A stretch of 29,562 bases of DNA from Candidatus Aenigmatarchaeota archaeon (GTDB lineage: Archaea; Aenigmatarchaeota; Aenigmatarchaeia; QMZP01): the NCBI GenBank assembly GCA_003663445.1, contig QMZZ01000001.1:1-29562 (forward strand), read 5' to 3'. The position numbers were made by a program, and so were the translations under genes. A model generated the notes under the pieces. That model worked only from the letters and a program-made list of their open reading frames with translations, searched no databases and was not told the origin of the DNA. Within the stretch, counting starts at the first letter, position 1. Each line of letters begins with the position of its first letter. Below, piece by piece: positions 1 to 8,402 of this stretch.

Positions 1-5
1 GTTAT

Positions 6-134
6 ATCCATATGTAGTAATTTTTATCCAGAAAAATCCATATTTAGTAAAAATATAACAGCGTTATTAAAATAAATATACCCACACCCCCAGATAAAAA
101 ATAAAAAAAGAAAAAATAAAAAAATAAAAAAAAA
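6..134. repeat. Left half of candidate origin: 15-bp direct repeats, one arm of a 20-bp inverted repeat, A-tract
   Basis: atccatatgtagtaa (6-20) and atccatatttagtaa (36-50). aatataacagcgttattaaa (52-71) matches the reverse complement of 29517-29536 at 19/20. A-tract at about 96-134. Confidence 0.7.
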
Positions 135-142
135 TTTAAATA
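135..142 (+). promoter_or_regulatory. Archaeal TATA box, leaderless promoter for 162
   Basis: TTTAAATA starts 27 nt upstream of ATG 162, with no RBS in between. Confidence 0.7.
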
Positions 143-161
143 CCCTTGGATAAATATAGAT

Positions 162-470
162 ATGGTGGTAAAGCTCGGTGACCTGGAGAAGTTCGTGGCG
201 GATGTGAAGAACAGGACGGGGTTCTGGTTCGAGATACCGGACAAGGAGCTCAAAAAGGAGATAGCGAGGAGGTTCGGCATAAGCAATTACATCCAGAAAA
301 ACATCATAACAGCTTTAGAGGAGTACGGGCTGATAGAGAGGAAAAACCTGAACGTCTGGAAGTGGGCTGCAAACGGCCAGCCGGAAGAAAACAAGGAAGA
401 TCAGGAAGCCGAAAAGGAGGCCGACGAGCTGATAGAGAAGCTCGATAATGCAAAGGCCGAAGAAAAATGA
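162..470 (+). CDS. Winged-helix DNA-binding protein with acidic C-terminal tail
   Basis: ELKKEIARRFGIS...IITALEEYGLIER...VWKW fits a wHTH pattern; the last 30 aa are E/K/A-rich. Confidence 0.55.
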   Translation: MVVKLGDLEKFVADVKNRTGFWFEIPDKELKKEIARRFGISNYIQKNIITALEEYGLIERKNLNVWKWAANGQPEENKEDQEAEKEADELIEKLDNAKAEEK

Positions 471-655
471 TAGCTCTGGTGCTCAGGTGCCCTCACTGCA
501 GGAGGGAGCAGAAGTACGTGAACTACTTGGTTAGGAGAAGGGATGAGATTTTCGGTAAGAGAAGGGCATGTGTCTGGTGCGGAAAGAGGTTCACGATAAA
601 ATCAGCGAAGCAGGACAACATAGTCAGGGAGATTTGCTTTTTCGGGAGAGGCTAA
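467..655 (+). CDS. Zinc-ribbon protein
   Basis: CPHC...CVWC; ATGA overlap with the upstream gene. Confidence 0.7.
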   Translation: MIALVLRCPHCRREQKYVNYLVRRRDEIFGKRRACVWCGKRFTIKSAKQDNIVREICFFGRG

Positions 656-1932
656 AATTCGATCAGGGTTTTCTGCGAGATTAATGGCTTTATTCTCTTT
701 TCAGCCATCCTGACATACTTCGGGCTGGCTTCTATTCCTATAAATCTCCTTCCAAGCTTTATAGCAACCAGAGCAGTGGTTCCGGTGCCTATAAAGGGAT
801 CGAGAACTATTCCGGGTTCCCACTCATCATTACACTCGCAGCTCTCCCATTTCTGTCTCGGCTTGCCACATTTACTGCATACATATTGAGGACATCCAGC
901 CAAGATCATAGGTTCAACCAACTTTTCCGGGAAATGGGCGAAATGAGCTTCGGGAAAGGCTTGGGTAGGAACGCTCCAAAAATCGCCGGGGTTGGCACCT
1001 TTTAGATCGTTTTTCAAATCTTTTGAAGGGAAGCCTTTTTTGTAGAATGTCTCCCTGATCTTGCTTTTAACAATGTTTTCCAGCAAGACAAAAGGGTTCT
1101 GAGAATCCGGGTTTATTTTGTGCTTGCTTGGGTCGAAATGCTCTTGATTTTTTATAAACCTGACTATACGTTTTATCGTTTCGGGTGACAGCGGTTTTCT
1201 CACTGAATCGAGATCGAAGAAATATTTTTTGTTTTTAACGAACATAAAAATCGGTTCATAAGTTGTTGTGAATCTATCTTTTACCGACTCAGGCTTGTGG
1301 TTCGGTTTAAACCAAATGATTACATTCCTCAATATAAACCCTAATTCATCCACACAGCGAATAACAAACCTGAAATTTTGAAGTGCCATGCATTTAGGAG
1401 TTATACTTGCGTTAGGTGGCTTTCCTTTAATATATCTCTCATCTATTCCTGCTGGTTTTTGGAAACCTGTTTTGCTTGGATGTTTTGCACCCCAACCTTG
1501 CAGTGAACCACCATAGCAATCCCCATGATTCCAAAAAATAACCCCTCTCTTCTTAAGAACTCTTTTTAGTTCTCGCATTATTTCCAAAAGATGGTCAAGA
1601 TATAAATCTAAAGTCGGTTCAAGTCCTAATTGACCATACCAAGCACCACATTTTTTGCAGAACATTCCGAGGGACAGGTGAGCGGATGGTATGCTCTTTT
1701 TCCGTTTTCCATCATCGTTTCCTCCCGATACCCATTCATGTTCGCAGTTTGGATCTCCATCCCAAACTCTCCACGTCTCTTGACCGTAGTTTCTCAGTCC
1801 CCAGTACGGCGGTGAGGTGATAATGCAGTCAACTGATTCATCTGGCAGCTTTTTGAGAACTTCGAGTGCATCGCCCAGAACAATCTGATTTACAGGCAAA
1901 TCTCCCGGCTTAAGGTCTTCTGCCCTTATCAT
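652..1932 (-). CDS. Beta-class N4-cytosine/N6-adenine DNA methyltransferase (N6_N4_Mtase family), orphan
   Basis: N-terminal catalytic motif IV TSPPY, C-terminal SAM-binding motif I DPFIGTGTT, GRRFIGIE; inserted Cys-pair segments. Confidence 0.92.
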   Translation of the reverse strand: MIRAEDLKPGDLPVNQIVLGDALEVLKKLPDESVDCIITSPPYWGLRNYGQETWRVWDGDPNCEHEWVSGGNDDGKRKKSIPSAHLSLGMFCKKCGAWYGQLGLEPTLDLYLDHLLEIMRELKRVLKKRGVIFWNHGDCYGGSLQGWGAKHPSKTGFQKPAGIDERYIKGKPPNASITPKCMALQNFRFVIRCVDELGFILRNVIIWFKPNHKPESVKDRFTTTYEPIFMFVKNKKYFFDLDSVRKPLSPETIKRIVRFIKNQEHFDPSKHKINPDSQNPFVLLENIVKSKIRETFYKKGFPSKDLKNDLKGANPGDFWSVPTQAFPEAHFAHFPEKLVEPMILAGCPQYVCSKCGKPRQKWESCECNDEWEPGIVLDPFIGTGTTALVAIKLGRRFIGIEASPKYVRMAEKRIKPLISQKTLIEF

Positions 1933-2013
1933 TTTTTAAAAACTCCTCAAGAAAGGTTTGCCTTGAATGGTCGTCCCAGTACGGGCTGCACATCCTTCTC
2001 CTGAGCCTTTTTT

Positions 2014-2187
2014 TCATACCAAATCCTTAAACATGGACGGGTAGCACTTGTAGGCCTTGACGAACTTCTCTATGGTCTTCTTGTACCCGCCCAGCTCGAC
2101 AGATATCTTCTTGAACTCCACCTTGAGATCCTCTGGAACAACTATCTTTATGACTGACTTTTGGGAACTTGGTAACCTTTCTACCAT
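2014..2187 (-). CDS. Ribbon-helix-helix-like transcription regulator (57 aa, not in ORF track)
   Basis: Manual translation MVERLPSSQKSVIKIVVPEDLKVEFKKISVELGGYKKTIEKFVKAYKCYPSMFKDLV: beta-strand plus two helices. TATA 29 nt upstream; divergent from the capsid operon. Confidence 0.6.
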   Translation of the reverse strand: MVERLPSSQKSVIKIVVPEDLKVEFKKISVELGGYKKTIEKFVKAYKCYPSMFKDLV

Positions 2188-2264
2188 ATATATTTTTATA
2201 CTCTGGGGTATTTAAATCTTTACAGAGAGAGCGATCAAAAAAATGAAAGGAGGGTAAAAAGGGA

Positions 2265-2783
2265 ATGCCTGTTTCCACGAAGTTCACCCTCGAGCAGGCA
2301 CGGGCCCTTGAGGAAAAGCTCAAGGAAGAGCTGATCCGAAGGGCAATCGAGCAGAAAGTGATCACCTCGAGGGAAGAAGCGGTGATCAGGGACATAATCC
2401 CTGACGTCGATCTCGGGGCAACCAGAAACGTCTGGGAGCAGACCCTCGCAACCGCAGACGCCTACAACGACGTCTACAGTGTAACCCTTCCAGACAAGAA
2501 GGTCATCGGGTTCTACGGCTTCAAGACAAAGGCCTCGACCCCCGTGGTCACAGCGGTAAAGTTTGCCCTGGGTACCGGCGGGGCAAAGGTCAAGGACATC
2601 TGGCAGGTTGAGACGGCACACACCGAGCTCAACGCAGAGGCAAGGGCAATAGTGCCCATCATCTACAACAAGTCCGAGACAGTAACGATCAGCATGTACA
2701 ACTCAGGGTCAGCAGGTGCGACTGACAACGTGATTCTCCTCGGGTTCGTGGTCGAGCCGAAGGGTGAGCTCGTAACGCAGTAG
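2265..2783 (+). CDS. Candidate major capsid protein 1 (single jelly-roll) with N-terminal helical arm
   Basis: First gene of the structural operon, RBS GGAGGG. About 40-aa amphipathic helix followed by alternating beta-strand pattern, ending LLGFVVEPKG. The fold is inferred. Confidence 0.55.
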   Translation: MPVSTKFTLEQARALEEKLKEELIRRAIEQKVITSREEAVIRDIIPDVDLGATRNVWEQTLATADAYNDVYSVTLPDKKVIGFYGFKTKASTPVVTAVKFALGTGGAKVKDIWQVETAHTELNAEARAIVPIIYNKSETVTISMYNSGSAGATDNVILLGFVVEPKGELVTQ

Positions 2784-2793
2784 GAGGGTTTGA

Positions 2794-2886
2794 ATGCCAA
2801 GGAAAAAGAAGGAAGGGGAGCAAGACAGACCGACTTCCCCGATAGGGGTAGTCAATAGACTCAAGCTAAAAAAGTTAAGGAGGTAA
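2794..2886 (+). CDS. Basic 30-aa microprotein
   Basis: MPRKKKEGEQDRPTSPIGVVNRLKLKKLRR; RBS GGAGGG upstream; fills the gap between the two capsid candidates. Confidence 0.55.
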   Translation: MPRKKKEGEQDRPTSPIGVVNRLKLKKLRR

Positions 2887-2889
2887 AAA

Positions 2890-3387
2890 ATGGGCTACAT
2901 CCACAAGGTAGACCTGGAACCGGTAGCTCTGCCTGGAGAGAACATAGTGATCCTGCCGGACAACAAGCCCTTCAGGGTCGCCTGGATTGAGCCCCTGCCC
3001 GCGATAGACAAGGACTTCGGCAGCCTCGCGGCCGGGGCCGAGACCGGGGACACGGAGGTCACGGACGTCTACACAGACGAGAACCAGCTCGTTCAGTTCA
3101 GGATAATACCCCTGGACGACGTCGAGGTCACGGTCAAGCAGCCGAGAGCCAAGGGAAGGTGGGTCACCAAGGTGGTTCAGGCAAAGCTCATAAAGGACAA
3201 CCCCCACGACAACCTCGCGGAGATGTTCCAGTTCGAGGACCGGGGCCTGTTCTTCAACGTGAAGAACCCGACCAGCTACACCCTTCCGGCCTCGAGGGTC
3301 AGGCTCGTCGGGTTCAGGTTCGTTCTCGAGCCGCTCTCCGAGATGCCGGAGAAAAAGACCTACGTGGTCGTGGGAGGAAACGAATAG
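2890..3387 (+). CDS. Candidate major capsid protein 2 (single jelly-roll)
   Basis: 165 aa, beta-strand-rich, RBS GGAGGT, similar in size to 2265..2783, ends RVRLVGFRFVLEP. Confidence 0.5.
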   Translation: MGYIHKVDLEPVALPGENIVILPDNKPFRVAWIEPLPAIDKDFGSLAAGAETGDTEVTDVYTDENQLVQFRIIPLDDVEVTVKQPRAKGRWVTKVVQAKLIKDNPHDNLAEMFQFEDRGLFFNVKNPTSYTLPASRVRLVGFRFVLEPLSEMPEKKTYVVVGGNE

Positions 3388-3399
3388 GAGGTGTGAGAA

Positions 3400-3720
3400 A
3401 TGGTCAGGAAAGGTGGTAATGCCTCGATAACCGCCGCCGACACCGACACCACGATCTACTCGGTGACTTCAGGAAGGGCCTTCGAGCCCAGTGTGATAAT
3501 AATAACGAACAACTCCGGCGCGACGGCGAGGGTCAGGATATGGGACGGTGCCTCCGCGACCGGAACCAAGTGGCTTGACGTGATGGTTGCCAACGGGGAG
3601 ACCGTCCAGCTCAACAACATAGAGGGAATGAGGTTCTACACCTCTGTGACGGCTCAGTCGGACAACGCCGGGGCAGAGCCCGCTCACGTCTGGGTCTTCG
3701 TCGGCGGGGAAGAGGAGTGA
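3400..3720 (+). CDS. Small beta-sandwich virion protein (penton/vertex-like)
   Basis: 106 aa, T/S/G/A/V-rich all-beta pattern (IIITNNSG..ARVRIWDG); RBS GGAGGTG. Confidence 0.55.
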   Translation: MVRKGGNASITAADTDTTIYSVTSGRAFEPSVIIITNNSGATARVRIWDGASATGTKWLDVMVANGETVQLNNIEGMRFYTSVTAQSDNAGAEPAHVWVFVGGEEE

Positions 3721-3764
3721 ATTTATTTTTAAGCCGCCAAAACTAAATATGGGCAGTCGGAGGT

Positions 3765-3866
3765 ATGGAAGAAAAAATGGAAGTCCTGGCCAGGAAGGGC
3801 GACAAGGAGCTCAGGGGCTACATTAAGTGCAACTACGGGAAGGTGAGGGTTGAGATAAAAGAATGA
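3765..3866 (+). CDS. Hypothetical 33-aa protein
   Basis: MEEKMEVLARKGDKELRGYIKCNYGKVRVEIKE; ATGA overlap with 3863; codon usage matches neighbours. Confidence 0.4.
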   Translation: MEEKMEVLARKGDKELRGYIKCNYGKVRVEIKE

Positions 3867-4321
3867 CCTGCACACTTTGGGAGGGGATACTGCTCAGGCA
3901 GTATTCCAACCTGGTGGAGGACCTGCAGATGGTTTTCGACATTCCTGGGAACACCTCGGTCACCCTTCGCTACAGCCCGCCTGAAAGGTATGTTTTCATA
4001 CCGATATACAGTGTTTCCGGCCGCCAGCCCTACGGGGAGCTGATGATCAGCGCATGGATAGACGGGGAAACCCTCTGGAGCAACATAGTGTCCTCGGCCT
4101 CCCTCGAGGTTTTGATGCCATCCTCGGACTTCAGGCCGGTCAAGAGGGAGATGAGGATGGACATAACCAACCTCTCATCCTCGACCAACACCGTGGACTT
4201 CCTCGTGGGCGGGGCCCTGATCAGGGTCGAGGACTACGGCCAGTTCGTGGAGGAGATAACCGGGAGGAAGCTTATCAGGAAGCTCGAGGAGCTCATAGAG
4301 GTTCTTAAAGGAAGGCGGTAA
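3863..4321 (+). CDS. Beta-rich minor virion protein with C-terminal helix
   Basis: Beta-strand pattern followed by RKLIRKLEELIEVLK; inside the structural cluster. Confidence 0.5.
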   Translation: MTCTLWEGILLRQYSNLVEDLQMVFDIPGNTSVTLRYSPPERYVFIPIYSVSGRQPYGELMISAWIDGETLWSNIVSSASLEVLMPSSDFRPVKREMRMDITNLSSSTNTVDFLVGGALIRVEDYGQFVEEITGRKLIRKLEELIEVLKGRR

Positions 4322-4330
4322 AAATAAAAT

Positions 4331-4696
4331 ATGGGCGAGTTCAGGGTAAACCCGGTCGAAATCTGGTCAGGCAGTTACAGGGCCGGGATTACCTCGGCCT
4401 CCAGGATCATGGTGGACGCCCTTCCGTCCCCGCTGACTTCCCCCACGATAGTAAACTTCACCACCAGCGGATCTTCCGCCTGGGAGCTGGCCGCCACCCT
4501 GCCCTCCACGGCAAGGTCCTTTACCATAAAGTGCAGGGACATGTCCGCGGAGATAGACTTCGCCTACTCCGCCTCCCCGAGCACCTGGATCACCCTCTGG
4601 CCGGGCCTGGTCTACTCCGTGGACGCCAGGCCCCCCGCCATCTACGTTAGGGACAGGGGGACCCCCGTGGTGGTCGAGATAGAGTACTGGGAGTGA
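4331..4696 (+). CDS. Small beta-sandwich virion protein
   Basis: 121 aa, S/T/A/P-rich all-beta pattern ending VVVEIEYWE. Confidence 0.5.
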   Translation: MGEFRVNPVEIWSGSYRAGITSASRIMVDALPSPLTSPTIVNFTTSGSSAWELAATLPSTARSFTIKCRDMSAEIDFAYSASPSTWITLWPGLVYSVDARPPAIYVRDRGTPVVVEIEYWE

Positions 4697-4697
4697 G

Positions 4698-5633
4698 ATG
4701 GCAAGAGCGATTTTCGTCGGGCTGAGAAGGACAGGAGATTCGGTTGGAACCGTTGATACAGGGACGTCTCTAAACAGGTACAGGTTCAACCAGCCCGCGG
4801 GGACGGTTCAGGACAACAACTCGGTGGTTTCCCTCGGCGGGGAGTACGACGGGTCCCTGGCGACCTTCGGCTTCCCGGCGAACACCCTCTCGGCCCAGCT
4901 GTTCTGCCAGGCGAGGAACGACGGGACCGCAACGATCTACGCCGGAGTGATGGGGTGGTGCGACACGAACAGGAACCCCTACGAGATGATAGCCGTGGGC
5001 GGGGCAGCCTACGGTGCGGGGGCCTACGGGCTTTACTTCGGCGGCGGAACCTCCGCGGACCCGATAGAGTGCCTGGCCTACATAGACGGGTACTCGAGCA
5101 ACCACGGGCTCTGGGTCAATCAGAGGTACTCCGGCTCTCCCGTGGCGACCTTTCAGTATTCCGGATCGTCCGTTCTGGAGATTCAGCACGACAGGGTGAA
5201 CATAAACGAAGACGTTTACTTCGGGACCGGTGGGATGATGATGAACCTCAGCCAAAACCAGGTGAAAGCTTCGCGGTTTACGACACTGGACAACAGCAAC
5301 GCCGAGTTCGCCGGAATGGGCTACGGGAGGCTGAAGTATTACGCCTCGTGCAGCTACTCACTCGGCTCCGCTCACAACTTCTACAGCTACATGACAGACG
5401 ACAACGTCGCGACGGTTTCCGTGGACACAACAACAAACGGCCACACGGTGAACAACCTGATAATCTTCAAGGTCGACGGAACGGAAAAATTCAGCATAAA
5501 TCCCGAGGGGATAGTGAACTACGCCGGATCCATGGGCGATTCAACAAAAGATCCCCGAACGGACGCTCCCGACGACTGGGTGGAAATAAAAATAAACGGG
5601 ACAACATATTATATTCCGGCATATTCAGCATGA
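4698..5633 (+). CDS. Fibre/spike-like virion protein
   Basis: G/S/T/N/Y-rich, 311 aa; C-terminal DWVEIKINGTTYYIPAY resembles fibre C-termini. Confidence 0.55.
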   Translation: MARAIFVGLRRTGDSVGTVDTGTSLNRYRFNQPAGTVQDNNSVVSLGGEYDGSLATFGFPANTLSAQLFCQARNDGTATIYAGVMGWCDTNRNPYEMIAVGGAAYGAGAYGLYFGGGTSADPIECLAYIDGYSSNHGLWVNQRYSGSPVATFQYSGSSVLEIQHDRVNINEDVYFGTGGMMMNLSQNQVKASRFTTLDNSNAEFAGMGYGRLKYYASCSYSLGSAHNFYSYMTDDNVATVSVDTTTNGHTVNNLIIFKVDGTEKFSINPEGIVNYAGSMGDSTKDPRTDAPDDWVEIKINGTTYYIPAYSA

Positions 5634-5848
5634 TAGAGATAGAGCCGAAACGGGATGAGAAGGGGAATATTGTTAGAGGAGTTTGGATACGCAAGGGCCT
5701 AACCGAGACCATAAACGAGACCCAGCTGAACATAGAGATATCCAGGCTCGAGAGGGCGGTGGACGACCTGAAGGCGAGGCTCGACTTCCTGAAGCGGGTC
5801 AGGGCCGAGATAGAGAGGCGAAAGGCGGAGCTCGAGAAGTCGGCATGA
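5630..5848 (+). CDS. Coiled-coil protein (72 aa), possible fibre chaperone
   Basis: ATGA overlap with the fibre gene; heptad pattern ISRLERAVDDLKARLDFLKR. Start re-called from the 4955 ORF. Confidence 0.6.
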   Translation: MIEIEPKRDEKGNIVRGVWIRKGLTETINETQLNIEISRLERAVDDLKARLDFLKRVRAEIERRKAELEKSA

Positions 5849-6060
5849 AGTACAGGGTGGAGAAGCTCGAGGACATCTACCAGCTCCTCAAGCCGGACCC
5901 AGACGGAGGATGGTTCAGGCAGGGGAGGAAGTACACCTGGAAGGGCCTTTTGAACAGGGCAGAAACCGCGGGGATGCAGGGGGACGAGCTCGAGAGGGGC
6001 TTCGGGCTGACCGACGAGGAGTGGGAGGCCGTTCTGGAGAGGTACGAGAGATTTAAATAA
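5845..6060 (+). CDS. Hypothetical helical protein (71 aa)
   Basis: ATGA overlap; start re-called at MKYRVEKLE. Confidence 0.6.
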   Translation: MKYRVEKLEDIYQLLKPDPDGGWFRQGRKYTWKGLLNRAETAGMQGDELERGFGLTDEEWEAVLERYERFK

Positions 6061-6077
6061 AAAGCCCAATTCTTAAT

Positions 6078-6974
6078 ATGGCTGTGTGGAGTGATGACTT
6101 CAGCGAGGATACGAGCCAGAACTACGCAATCCTGTGGAGAAATGTGACCGGCGGGCGCGGTTATGGAAACCCACCCGAATCCACAAGCATTACAGTTTCC
6201 GATGGATATTTGACAGCAGAAATTACGAACAGTGGCTACTGCAAGGGAATAGTTTACCTCAAGGCCAAGCCAACGGTAAATCCGCTGACAGAAAACTTTG
6301 TAATAGAGGTCAGGGGAAGGTCTCATGGTTGGGACGGGTTCGCGTCTGGCATAACCCTTGCGGTGGACAGGGTTCCAGAAGGAAGCGGAAATTTTGAAAA
6401 GTTTATAAGATTCGTTTACTCCACCTACCCGTCTCCGGATAGGATAGAGCTTCAAACCCATCAGAGAACCCTGGTAAGCATGGACTCTGATGTAGACACG
6501 GAAAAGACTATGTGCACCTTCGGGCCATGGAACAAATTTAGGATAGAGAAGGATGGCACCTGGTGGAAATTTTTTTTCAACGACAATCTTATCTGGGAGG
6601 GTGAAATTCCGGAAGCGGATGAGGAGATGTACATAGGCTTCACTGTGGATGTGACTTCAGGCGAATCCGGATGGACGGCAATAAACACTTACGATGATTA
6701 CTACTTCGCTCTTTATCCGTTTGGAGAAATAACCAACATCTCATCACCAAGCTCCGCCCACGCTGGGGATTCTCTGAGTGTTAGTGTAGATGTGAAAAAC
6801 ACCGGCTCGGATGGCACTATTTGGTGCAGGCTGGTGGACACCTACGACGACTCGGAGATAGGCATAAGACAGGAATCGTACCTTGCTTCCGAGGAAATAA
6901 AAACATTTTCTTGGGTTATAACCATGCCTAACAGGGACTTGACAGTTAGAGTCGAGGCAGGTCACGAGGAGTAG
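6078..6974 (+). CDS. ConA/LamG-like beta-sandwich plus C-terminal CARDB/Ig-like domain; putative adhesin
   Basis: N-terminal DDFS...FVIEVRGR...WNKFRIEKDG...IGF pattern. The C-terminal ~85 aa are closely similar to 9697..10011. Leaderless promoter. Confidence 0.6.
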   Translation: MAVWSDDFSEDTSQNYAILWRNVTGGRGYGNPPESTSITVSDGYLTAEITNSGYCKGIVYLKAKPTVNPLTENFVIEVRGRSHGWDGFASGITLAVDRVPEGSGNFEKFIRFVYSTYPSPDRIELQTHQRTLVSMDSDVDTEKTMCTFGPWNKFRIEKDGTWWKFFFNDNLIWEGEIPEADEEMYIGFTVDVTSGESGWTAINTYDDYYFALYPFGEITNISSPSSAHAGDSLSVSVDVKNTGSDGTIWCRLVDTYDDSEIGIRQESYLASEEIKTFSWVITMPNRDLTVRVEAGHEE

Positions 6975-7006
6975 AAAGTATTTAAATACCAAATCCAATT
7001 TTCGAT

Positions 7007-7267
7007 ATGGACGGAGTAAGCCTTCTGACCCTGGTGATAGTCGGCCTTCTGGCCGGCATAGTAAGGGGTCTGGTGGGCTGGCTGAAGTCGAGCAAGAAGG
7101 AGGACTTCGACTGCAAGAAGTTCGGAAGGACCCTGGTTCTGTCCGCCGTCCTCGGAGCGATACTCGGGCTTTACTGGGTGGGAGACCCGAAAAGCCTTTT
7201 CGCGACAGTGTTCCTCGGCGACGTGGTCATAGAGGACGTCCTCAAGGGATTCGTGAGGTCCAAGTGA
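7007..7267 (+). CDS. Small membrane protein (holin-like topology)
   Basis: Two or three hydrophobic segments separated by KSSKKEDFDCKK; TATA 26 nt upstream. Confidence 0.55.
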   Translation: MDGVSLLTLVIVGLLAGIVRGLVGWLKSSKKEDFDCKKFGRTLVLSAVLGAILGLYWVGDPKSLFATVFLGDVVIEDVLKGFVRSK

Positions 7268-7383
7268 TGCCGGACAGGGACGGCAGAGGGCCGAGAAGGG
7301 GATCCTGGATGTGGAGCCAGGGCAGGAGAGGCCCCATGGCCGGGCACCTTCAGGGAAACTGCGCCAGAAAAAGACCCTCTTAA
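7267..7383 (+). CDS. 38-aa Arg/Gly-rich peptide resembling the DUF5320 N-terminus
   Basis: MPDRDGRGPRRGSWMWSQGRRGPMAGHLQGNCARKRPS; TGATG overlap with the upstream stop. Confidence 0.45.
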   Translation: MPDRDGRGPRRGSWMWSQGRRGPMAGHLQGNCARKRPS

Positions 7384-7508
7384 ATTAACAGCAGAGTTCA
7401 CCAGCTGAAAACCAGACTCCTTTCTTTTCATTATTTTAACTCTGCTTTTCAGGAGATGAACAGCTCCTCGAACCCGGCTATTTTTGGGCGAGTAGTATAT
7501 ATTATATC

Positions 7509-8402
7509 CTACGCCTCGAGGTTGTTCGCCGAGACGGTGTTGGCCCCGTTCACGATTATCTGCCCCGAGGAGTTTCCCATGGCGAGGTTGCCCACTATTA
7601 GGTTGTAGTCGCTCCCGGTCTCCTCGTTTATCCCGTACCTCTGCCTCCCGTCAGTGGAAACCGCCTGGTTACCGACGAGAACGGAGTGCATGGTGTCGCT
7701 CAGCTTTATCCCGTCGGCGAACCCAGAGAAAGCCTGGGAGTTGTTCAGAACCTCGTTGCCCACGAGAACGCACCTCTCGCTCAGGCTGAAATTCATCCCG
7801 TTGAGCCTGTTCAGGCGGATGAAGTTCCCGGCGATCCTGACCCCGTTGGACTGGCTCACCGTCAGCCCGGTTCCGTTCCCGCTCAGGGTGTTCCCGCTCA
7901 GGAGGTTTCCGTCCGCCCTGAAAAGTATGACTCCGATGGAGCAGTCGGTGACAGAGCACCCCTCTATCGAGCAGGCGGTGGTGTTCTCGTCGAAGTATAT
8001 TCCCTCGTCCCTGCAGCCGCTCACCCGGCACCCCCTGACCGCTGAGCCGGTGGTCCCGCTGAAAAATATCCCGTGGGAGGTGGATGTCTGGCCGAACCCG
8101 TTCCCGTCCACGCTCAGGCTGCTTATCAGCACGTTTGAGACCCCAACGCACTTTATCGCATGGTCGTTTGCCCCGTCGTTCAGGTAAACTATCGTCGCCG
8201 GTCCGGACCCGATCAGGCTGACGTTTGACGGGACGACTATGCCCTCGTCTATGCGGTAGGTCCCCTCCTTGATGTAAACCACCCCGCCGGAGGACGGAAG
8301 GCTGTTTATCCCCTCCTGGATGTCCGTGGTGCTCCCGCTCCCGTCAGCCGCCACCAGGACCGTGGCAACCTTGGTGTCCCCGACAATCGACCTGACAGGC
8401 AT
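7509..8402 (-). CDS. Right-handed parallel beta-helix (pectin lyase-like) spike / receptor-binding protein
   Basis: N-terminal VAADGSG..DIQEGIN....GGVVYIKEGTY, then repeated ~22-aa coils (I.GN.L.GN..G). Confidence 0.85.
   Translation of the reverse strand: MPVRSIVGDTKVATVLVAADGSGSTTDIQEGINSLPSSGGVVYIKEGTYRIDEGIVVPSNVSLIGSGPATIVYLNDGANDHAIKCVGVSNVLISSLSVDGNGFGQTSTSHGIFFSGTTGSAVRGCRVSGCRDEGIYFDENTTACSIEGCSVTDCSIGVILFRADGNLLSGNTLSGNGTGLTVSQSNGVRIAGNFIRLNRLNGMNFSLSERCVLVGNEVLNNSQAFSGFADGIKLSDTMHSVLVGNQAVSTDGRQRYGINEETGSDYNLIVGNLAMGNSSGQIIVNGANTVSANNLEA

Noticed and set aside
1910-2017. 35-aa ORF MKKRLRRRMCSPYW... between the RHH and MTase genes
   Set aside because: It has an ATGA overlap but no motif and runs into the MTase start; it cannot be supported beyond possible.
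3749-3826. 25-aa ORF MGSRRYGRK... at an apparent leaderless start
   Set aside because: It overlaps the better-coded 3765..3866 ORF in another frame; unresolved without expression data.
7384-7508. Possible ncRNA or ORF (7171..7431) in the convergence zone of the two structural units
   Set aside because: No convincing stem-loop or coding signal; the T- and A-runs are adequately explained as terminators.
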